Shown here: positions 27,229 through 32,923 of the stretch, one piece after another
Numbering within the stretch: position 1 is the first letter of the stretch
Layout of the letters: the number at the start of each line of letters is the position of its first letter
DNA from: Thermoanaerobaculia bacterium
GTDB lineage: Bacteria > Acidobacteriota > Thermoanaerobaculia > Multivoradales > JAGPDF01
NCBI GenBank assembly: GCA_043737505.1
Contig: JAYTAM010000266.1
Span: 1 to 32,923 of the forward strand
DNA length: 32,923 nucleotides
Direction: 5' to 3'
Notes under the pieces: generated by a model
The model's database searches: none
The model's input: the letters and a program-made list of their open reading frames with translations, nothing else
What the model was told of the DNA's origin: nothing
Made by a program: the position numbers and the translations under genes

Positions 27229-28577
27229 TGGTGAGGATGATTTCCCGCTCCTGGTTGCGACTTTCAGTTCGTCGAATTCTGGCCTTCGTCGCCGGAGCGA
27301 TTGTGGCTTGCGGAGCTTTCGCGGCCACCGGCGGCGACTCCAGTGATTCCAGTGACTCCAGTGACTCCAACGCAGAGGTCTGGATCACGCTCGGAAGCGA
27401 CGCCTACGCCCTCGCCGCGGGCGGGCGGCTGGCGCGAGAGGCGGGCCTGGTGCGGGTCGAGGAGACGGGCGGAGTCGTCCTCGCCCGGATCTCTCGCTCG
27501 GGTCTGGATTCGCTCGGCGAACGGATCCACCACGAGCTGCAGCGCTGTGGCGGGTTCATCGCCCACGAAAGTCTCGCCGAGGCCAACGCTGCGCTGCCGC
27601 GCTCCGGCGCTGACCCACGCACGCCGCTCGGCCTCGGATTCACGATCGATCAGCCGAACTGGGTCGCAGAGGTGGCTGGGTCGGTGAATGAGGCGAACAT
27701 TCTCGGCACCATTACGACCCTTTCGACGAGCTTCGCCAATCGCTACCATGCACATCCCACGGGGACGGCGGCGGCGACGTGGATCCGCGACCTCTGGCTG
27801 TCGTACGCCGCGAGTCGTCCCGAGGTGACCGTCGCGCTCGTCTCGCACACCACGACCGTGCAACCTTCCGTCGTTCTGACCATTCCAGGTACCTTGCTGC
27901 CCGACGAAGTGGTGGTGCTCGGCGCCCACCTCGACTCGACGGCTCCCGGAACGAGCAATCCGAATTTTTCCGCCCCCGGCGCCGACGATGACGCCTCGGG
28001 CATCGCGACCCTGTCGGAGGTGGTCCGCGCGACGCTTTCCGCCGGTTTTCGACCCCAGCGCACGATCCGGGTCATGGCGTATGCCGCCGAGGAGGTCGGC
28101 CTTCGCGGCTCGAATGCGATCGCGCAGAGCTACCTCGCCGCCGGCTCCAATGTGCTGGCGGTCCTGCAGCAGGACATGACCGGCTTCAACGGGTCGAATG
28201 AAGACATCGTCTTCATCTCGGACTTCACCAACGCAGCGCTCAACGCCTTCCTCGTCGACCTGCTCGAGGCCTACCAGCCGGCGCTCACCTGGACGACGAC
28301 CGCCTGCGGGTACGCCTGCTCGGATCATGCTGCGTGGCACAACCGTGGCTTCCCCGCGGCGTTCGCCTTCGAGGCGAGCTTCGGCGACCACAACTCGGCC
28401 ATCCATTCGACCAGCGACACGGTCGCTACCCTCGGTGGGAGTGCTTCCCACGCGGCCAAGTTCGCCCGCCTCGCCGCAGCCTTCCTCGTCGAAACCGGTC
28501 TCGATGGGCCCGATGTGATCTTTGCCGACGGCTTCGAAGACGAGAACTCGGACGCCTGGAGCCTCACCGTCCCCTAG
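27225..28577 (+). CDS. Secreted M28 leucyl aminopeptidase (Vibrio-type) with propeptide and C-terminal IFADGFE tail
   Basis: Zn ligands GAHLDS, GADDDASG, AAEEVG, QDMT and IHST, plus CGYACSDH and the RCGGF propeptide motif. Start is 27225, 27228 or 27237. Confidence 0.9.
   Translation: MMVRMISRSWLRLSVRRILAFVAGAIVACGAFAATGGDSSDSSDSSDSNAEVWITLGSDAYALAAGGRLAREAGLVRVEETGGVVLARISRSGLDSLGERIHHELQRCGGFIAHESLAEANAALPRSGADPRTPLGLGFTIDQPNWVAEVAGSVNEANILGTITTLSTSFANRYHAHPTGTAAATWIRDLWLSYAASRPEVTVALVSHTTTVQPSVVLTIPGTLLPDEVVVLGAHLDSTAPGTSNPNFSAPGADDDASGIATLSEVVRATLSAGFRPQRTIRVMAYAAEEVGLRGSNAIAQSYLAAGSNVLAVLQQDMTGFNGSNEDIVFISDFTNAALNAFLVDLLEAYQPALTWTTTACGYACSDHAAWHNRGFPAAFAFEASFGDHNSAIHSTSDTVATLGGSASHAAKFARLAAAFLVETGLDGPDVIFADGFEDENSDAWSLTVP
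27336..27371 (+). repeat. 9-bp tandem micro-repeat (GACTCCAGT) encoding DSSDSSDSSDSN
   Basis: GACTCCAGT GATTCCAGT GACTCCAGT GACTCCAAC. Confidence 0.85.
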
Positions 28578-28641
28578 CCCGAGCTTCTCACCCTTGCCGG
28601 TAGAATGCTCCAGCGCCTGAACTTCTCCCTGGAGAAATCGA

Positions 28642-29670
28642 ATGTCGAACGAAGCGCAGTGGTACGTCGCGGTCAACGGAAAGCAGGAGGGGCCGATCTC
28701 GGCGACCGAAGTGACGGAGCGGATTCGTGCCGGCCGGCTCGACCGCAACGCCCACGTCTTCGGTCCGGGGATGAAGACCTGGGCGCCGATCGGCACGGTG
28801 GCGGAGTTCGCCGCCGGCTTCGGTGCTTCTCCCGCGCCGCCGCCTCCCCCGCCCACGGGGATTTCGGGCAAGGGTCGCATGCACGAGATCGATTTCGAGA
28901 TCTTCGGCGAGGAGATGCAGTACGTCGAGATCACCCTCGATCCGCAAGAGGCCTGCGTCGCCGAGGCGGGCGCCTTCTTCTACATGGATCCGGCGATCCA
29001 GATGGAGACCATCTTCGGCGACGGCTCGCAGCAGAGCGAGGGCGGCGATTTCTTCGGCAAGCTCCTCTCCGCCGGCAAGCGGGTCCTGACCGGCGAGTCG
29101 CTGTTCACAACCGTCTTCTCCAACGCGGGATCGGCGAGGCAGAAGGTCGCCTTTGCCGCGCCCTATCCGGGCAAGATCATCGCTCTCGACCTCGAGCAGC
29201 ACGGCGGACAGATGCTCTGCCAGAAGGACGCCTTTCTCTGCGCGGCGAAGGGGGTTTCGCTCGGCATCGCCTTCCAGAAACGGCTCGGTGCCGGCCTCTT
29301 CGGCGGTGAGGGTTTCATTCTTCAGAAGCTCGACGGCGACGGACTCGCCTTCTTTCATGCCTGCGGCACGATCCACGAGCGGACGCTCGCCGCCGGAGAG
29401 ACCCTGCGTGTCGACACCGGTTGCCTGGTCGCCTTCGAGCCCCAGGTGCAGTACGACATCCAGATGGTCAAGGGAGTGAAGACGTTCCTGTTCGGCGGAG
29501 AAGGGCTCTTCTTCGCCACCGTCACCGGCCCGGGGAAGGTCTGGCTGCAGTCGCTGCCGTTCTCGCGCCTCGCGGCGCGTGTCATCGCCGCGTCGGGCAT
29601 CGCCCGCGGTCGCCGCGAAGAGGGTTCCGTCCTCGGCCCGCTGGGGAATCTGCTCGACGGCGACAGCTGA
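28642..29670 (+). CDS. TIGR00266/AIM24-family protein with N-terminal GYF_2 (DUF4339) domain
   Basis: N-domain [12 protein letters not shown]...G(M)KTW, then [24 protein letters not shown] and [19 protein letters not shown] and a TAGAAT -10-like element at 28601-28606. Confidence 0.9.
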   Translation: MSNEAQWYVAVNGKQEGPISATEVTERIRAGRLDRNAHVFGPGMKTWAPIGTVAEFAAGFGASPAPPPPPPTGISGKGRMHEIDFEIFGEEMQYVEITLDPQEACVAEAGAFFYMDPAIQMETIFGDGSQQSEGGDFFGKLLSAGKRVLTGESLFTTVFSNAGSARQKVAFAAPYPGKIIALDLEQHGGQMLCQKDAFLCAAKGVSLGIAFQKRLGAGLFGGEGFILQKLDGDGLAFFHACGTIHERTLAAGETLRVDTGCLVAFEPQVQYDIQMVKGVKTFLFGGEGLFFATVTGPGKVWLQSLPFSRLAARVIAASGIARGRREEGSVLGPLGNLLDGDS

Positions 29671-29698
29671 GACCGCTTCGCGCGACAGCGCTCTTGCT

Positions 29699-31168
29699 TC
29701 AGGCAGCGCGAGTGTCGGGCCCGAGGCCGGAGACGGAAATCTCGAGCTCGCCGTCCTTCAGGGTCGCGCTCGCTTCGCCGCCCCAGCCGCGTGCCAGGTC
29801 GCGGACGAGGCCAAGGCCCAGTCCGGCATGGTCCCCGGCGGAGCGGGCGGCGCTCTTGCGCCAGAAGCGGACGAACAGCTGTTCCAGATCGGCCGTTTCC
29901 AGGTCCGGCGCAGAGTTGGCCCAGATGAGCGTTCCGGTGGGAGCATCGAAGCGAATCCGGACTCCGCTCGCCGGCGGGGCGTGCAGCGCAGAATTCGCAG
30001 CCAGGTTCGAGAGCACCAGGTCCAGAGCTTCGGGAGGGGCGAGCACGACCCGGTCGCTGGCGACGCCGTTCTCGACCGAGATTGAGCGCGCATTGAATCT
30101 GCGTTGACTGGCCCCCACCGCTCGCTCGACGGCAGCGTAAAGGTCGACGGACTGCGGCAGGCTCAACCTCTCATCGGCGCCGGAGCGCGCCAGGGCGAGA
30201 AGGTTGACGATCAACCCCTGCATCTGGCTCTGGATCGCTCCCGCCTCCTGCAGCGCCAGCGCCAGCTCGCGCGGATCGTCCGGCCAACGGAGGGCGACAT
30301 CCACCAGGGCGCGGAGCTCAGCGAGGGGCGTTCGCAACTCGTGAGCGAGATGCATGGAGAAGGCGCGCTCGCGCGCGAAAGATGCGTGCAGGCGGTGGAG
30401 CAGCTCTTCCACCCGCGCGGCGATGGGAGCGAGCTCCGCCGGCAGCGCGGCCGGCGCCAGCGGAGTATCGAGGTTCTCGGCGTCGATCCGGGCGATCTGC
30501 GCCGCCAATGACCGCACCGGAGCCAGCTCGCGACGCAGCGTCCAGGCGATGATCGCCGCGCTGGCGGCCAGCAGGATCAGGACGAGGAACGCGGCAGCCG
30601 AACGCACCCGGGTGACGAACGAGTCGAGCGATTCACGTTCGCGCGCGACCACGAGTTCGACCGTCAGCGGCTTCTCGGGGGCCTCCTCCGTCGAAGGGCT
30701 CGTGGTTTCCGGCCGAGGCGTCGACGGGGCGTCGTCGTCATCCGGAGTTTCGAGTCTGGGCTGAAAGCGAAGGACGAAGGCGCGACCTCGCCGCCCGTCG
30801 GGCAGGAGCAGATTCTGGCTGCCGACGTGCTTCGCTCGCTCTGACGCGGCTTTGGAGAACAGCGGCTTGCCTGCCGCGGAGTCGGAGAGGAAGAGCGTCC
30901 TGCCCTCGAGTGTTCGAGCTTCGAAATAGTCGGCGGCACTCTGGCGAAAAAACTCCGGATATTCGGTGGGATCGAACTCGAAGAGGATTCTTCCCTCCTC
31001 CTGTTCGAGCATTCCCGCCAGCGCCCGCGTTCGTTCCTCGAGGGCGCGGTCGAAATCGCTCAACGTCCGGCGTTCGATCTCCTGGTCGACCAGGAGCCCG
31101 GCGACCAATAGGAGCGCCCCGACCCCAACGAGGAGCCCCCGGTTGAGGCGACCCTGGAGCGATTTCAA
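29699..31168 (-). CDS. Membrane sensor histidine kinase (QseC/CusS/ColS-like)
   Basis: Two TM helices, HAMP, AHELRTPL H-box and GLGLG G2 box. TTG start at 31168 overlaps the regulator stop (TTGA). Confidence 0.88.
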   Translation of the reverse strand: MKSLQGRLNRGLLVGVGALLLVAGLLVDQEIERRTLSDFDRALEERTRALAGMLEQEEGRILFEFDPTEYPEFFRQSAADYFEARTLEGRTLFLSDSAAGKPLFSKAASERAKHVGSQNLLLPDGRRGRAFVLRFQPRLETPDDDDAPSTPRPETTSPSTEEAPEKPLTVELVVARERESLDSFVTRVRSAAAFLVLILLAASAAIIAWTLRRELAPVRSLAAQIARIDAENLDTPLAPAALPAELAPIAARVEELLHRLHASFARERAFSMHLAHELRTPLAELRALVDVALRWPDDPRELALALQEAGAIQSQMQGLIVNLLALARSGADERLSLPQSVDLYAAVERAVGASQRRFNARSISVENGVASDRVVLAPPEALDLVLSNLAANSALHAPPASGVRIRFDAPTGTLIWANSAPDLETADLEQLFVRFWRKSAARSAGDHAGLGLGLVRDLARGWGGEASATLKDGELEISVSGLGPDTRAA

Positions 31169-31845
31169 GCCGTGCCGCCGGGTTCCAGAATGTAGCCCTC
31201 TCCGCGTCGGGTGCGGATCAGCTCCGGCAGGCCAGCGTGGGAGAGCTTCCGCCGCAGCGAGTAGATCATCACGTCGAGGACGTTGCTTTCGGCGCCACTC
31301 TCGAATTCGTACATCTTCTCCCACAACTCTCGACGGGTGACGAGCTCGCCGGCCCGCCTCGTGAGCAGCTCCAGCAGCGCGTATTCGCGAGGAGAGACGG
31401 CGATCTCCCGGGCTTCCGCGTAGACGCGGCGTGCCGCTGTTTCGAGGCGCAGGCCGCCGCAGCTGAGAATTGGATTCTTCTGCGAGAAACCTCGGCGCAC
31501 CAGGGCGCGGATGCGGGCCAGAAGCTCTTCGAAGGAGAACGGCTTCACCAGGTAGTCATCGGCACCCAGGTCGAGACCGTGAATTCGGTCCTCCACCAGA
31601 TCGCGCGCCGAGAGAATGAGGACGTGCTGCTGGTTCCCTCGCTCACGCAGTTTCTGCAGAACCGAGAAGCCGTCGATCCCGGGCAGCATCACGTCGAGGA
31701 GCACGACGTCGTATTCGTTCTGGGTTGCCAGCCAGAACCCCTCTTCGCCATCGGTCGCCGCATCGATCACGAAGCCGAGCTTGCGAAAACCTCGCTGCAG
31801 CGAGCGTTGCAGTTTTTCCGAGTCCTCGATCAACAATAGCTTCAC
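31165..31845 (-). CDS. OmpR/PhoB-family response regulator
   Basis: LLIED, LLDVMLPG, GADDYLVKPF and winged helix IRTRRGEGY. Confidence 0.93.
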   Translation of the reverse strand: MKLLLIEDSEKLQRSLQRGFRKLGFVIDAATDGEEGFWLATQNEYDVVLLDVMLPGIDGFSVLQKLRERGNQQHVLILSARDLVEDRIHGLDLGADDYLVKPFSFEELLARIRALVRRGFSQKNPILSCGGLRLETAARRVYAEAREIAVSPREYALLELLTRRAGELVTRRELWEKMYEFESGAESNVLDVMIYSLRRKLSHAGLPELIRTRRGEGYILEPGGTA

Positions 31846-31867
31846 CCGCCAATTGTAGCCCCCGAAT

Positions 31868-31926
31868 ATGAAGCCCGGATGAACGAAGCGCCGCGCTCGG
31901 CTTCGAGCTCTTCACCCTGCATTCAT
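31868..31926. promoter_or_regulatory. Two oppositely oriented TTCAY-N6-TTCAT direct-repeat boxes, putative sites for the adjacent regulator
   Basis: Minus strand TTCAT-CCGGGC-TTCAT (31868-31883) and plus strand TTCAC-CCTGCA-TTCAT (31911-31926). Each lies 10-11 nt upstream of a -10-like hexamer. Confidence 0.65.
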
Positions 31927-31995
31927 GGAGCAGCGCGTAACTTCCGCTTGTCTGCTCCTTCGGGGAGCGGGCCTGTCGGCGAGAGGAAGAGCGCT

Positions 31996-32923
31996 ATGGC
32001 ATCGGATTCGTTGGGCGGCGAGATGGCGCCGGTGTTGCTGGCGCGCTTTCGCGTGGTGACTGCGCTGGGTCTGGTCTATCTCGGGCTCTGCACGCTGACC
32101 CGCCTGGCGCTGCTGGCTTTCCATCCGGACTGGCTGGCCACTTCGGCCGCGGCTGTCGCCCGCAGTCTCCTGAGCGGTCTCGCCTTCGACCTGCTGGCGG
32201 CGGGATGGTGGCTGCTACCCTGGGCGGTCTATCTCGCGCTCCTGCCGCAGCGCTGGTTCGCTGCCGCCTGGCACCGGCGTCTGCTGGCGATCGTGGCGAG
32301 CGCGCTGGTCTTCGCCTGGCTCTTCATCGCCACGGCCGAGCTCTTCTTCTTCTCCGAGTTCGACGGCCGCTTCAATTTCGTCGCTGCCGACTACCTGCTC
32401 TATCCGACCGAGGTCGGAGAGAACATCTGGCAGAGCTATCCGACGGGGCTGATTCTTCTCGCCCTGGGCGTAGCGACCTGGCTGGTGGCGAGGCGGCTGC
32501 GCCGACCGCTGGCCCTGGCGTGGGAGCGACCGGATGCGGGCCGGCGCCGCCTGGCCGGCTTGATCGTCTACGTCGCGACGCTCGGAGCGCTCGCTTTCGC
32601 CGTGCGGCCGGGACTCGCGCACGTCTCCGAGGATCGAGCCCTCAACGAGGTGGCGAGCAACGGTTCGTACAGCTTCTGGCGCGCCCTGCTCGGCAGGGAC
32701 GCTCCGTACGACGGCCTGTATCCGACCTTGGCGCCATCCGAGATCGAGCGGCGGCTCGAGAACCTGTTCAGTGCTTCGGAGAGCCGTCGCGTCGACCTCT
32801 CGGGGGGCTCGACACTGCGTCACATCGTCAATCCGGGAACACCGAGGCGGCTCAATGTCGTCGTCGTGCTCGAAGAGAGTCTCGGCTCCGAGTTCAGCGG
32901 CCTGCTGTCGCGGCGGGAGCCGA
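31996..32923 (+). CDS. LTA synthase/sulfatase-family membrane protein, 3' end outside the window
   Basis: Missing from the ORF track. Manual frame-1 translation gives N-terminal TM helices, FFSEFDGRFNFVAADYLLYPTEV and LNVVVVLEESLG. ATG 31996 follows GAGAGG. Confidence 0.85.
   Translation, partial: MASDSLGGEMAPVLLARFRVVTALGLVYLGLCTLTRLALLAFHPDWLATSAAAVARSLLSGLAFDLLAAGWWLLPWAVYLALLPQRWFAAAWHRRLLAIVASALVFAWLFIATAELFFFSEFDGRFNFVAADYLLYPTEVGENIWQSYPTGLILLALGVATWLVARRLRRPLALAWERPDAGRRRLAGLIVYVATLGALAFAVRPGLAHVSEDRALNEVASNGSYSFWRALLGRDAPYDGLYPTLAPSEIERRLENLFSASESRRVDLSGGSTLRHIVNPGTPRRLNVVVVLEESLGSEFSGLLSRREP

Noticed and set aside
6242-27371. Short repeats as CRISPR or DGR elements
   Set aside because: Units are 9-17 bp without unique spacers, and no cas or reverse transcriptase gene is present.
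32215-32823. 202-aa minus-strand ORF
   Set aside because: Antisense to the LTA-synthase-family gene, which has clear motifs on the plus strand.

Overview
High-GC bacterial DNA with about 25 protein-coding genes. I could not support any rRNA, tRNA, CRISPR array, integrase or transposase. Gene content and a C-terminal IFADGFE motif suggest Acidobacteriota, possibly Thermoanaerobaculia, but that is inference. From left to right the window holds six blocks. (1) The end of a cell-surface or small-molecule modification cluster: AsnB amidotransferase (partial), UbiA prenyltransferase, SGNH hydrolase, double-domain PhyH dioxygenase, SAM methyltransferase and an orphan Wzt ATPase. (2) A YdeI/OmpD protein and a DUF2339 + DUF3999-like membrane pair. 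(3) A BNR beta-propeller coupled to a MoaD/ThiS ubiquitin-like protein, an NAD(P)-binding reductase, a serine hydrolase and a hypothetical protein. (4) A heavy-metal efflux operon (TolC, adaptor, CusA/CzcA-family RND, P1B ATPase) followed by a coupled M28 aminopeptidase. (5) A GYF_2-AIM24 protein. (6) An OmpR-family two-component system divergent from a partial LTA-synthase/sulfatase gene. The strongest candidate for a new system is an 87-aa Cys/His-rich, Pro-Pro-ending leader ORF ahead of the metal operon. Its 3' codons are complementary to the tolC ribosome-binding region, which suggests metal-sensing ribosome-stalling control. Other points of note are mirrored regulator boxes at the two-component promoter, several apparently leaderless genes, a probable CTG start and recurrent 9-bp micro-repeats.
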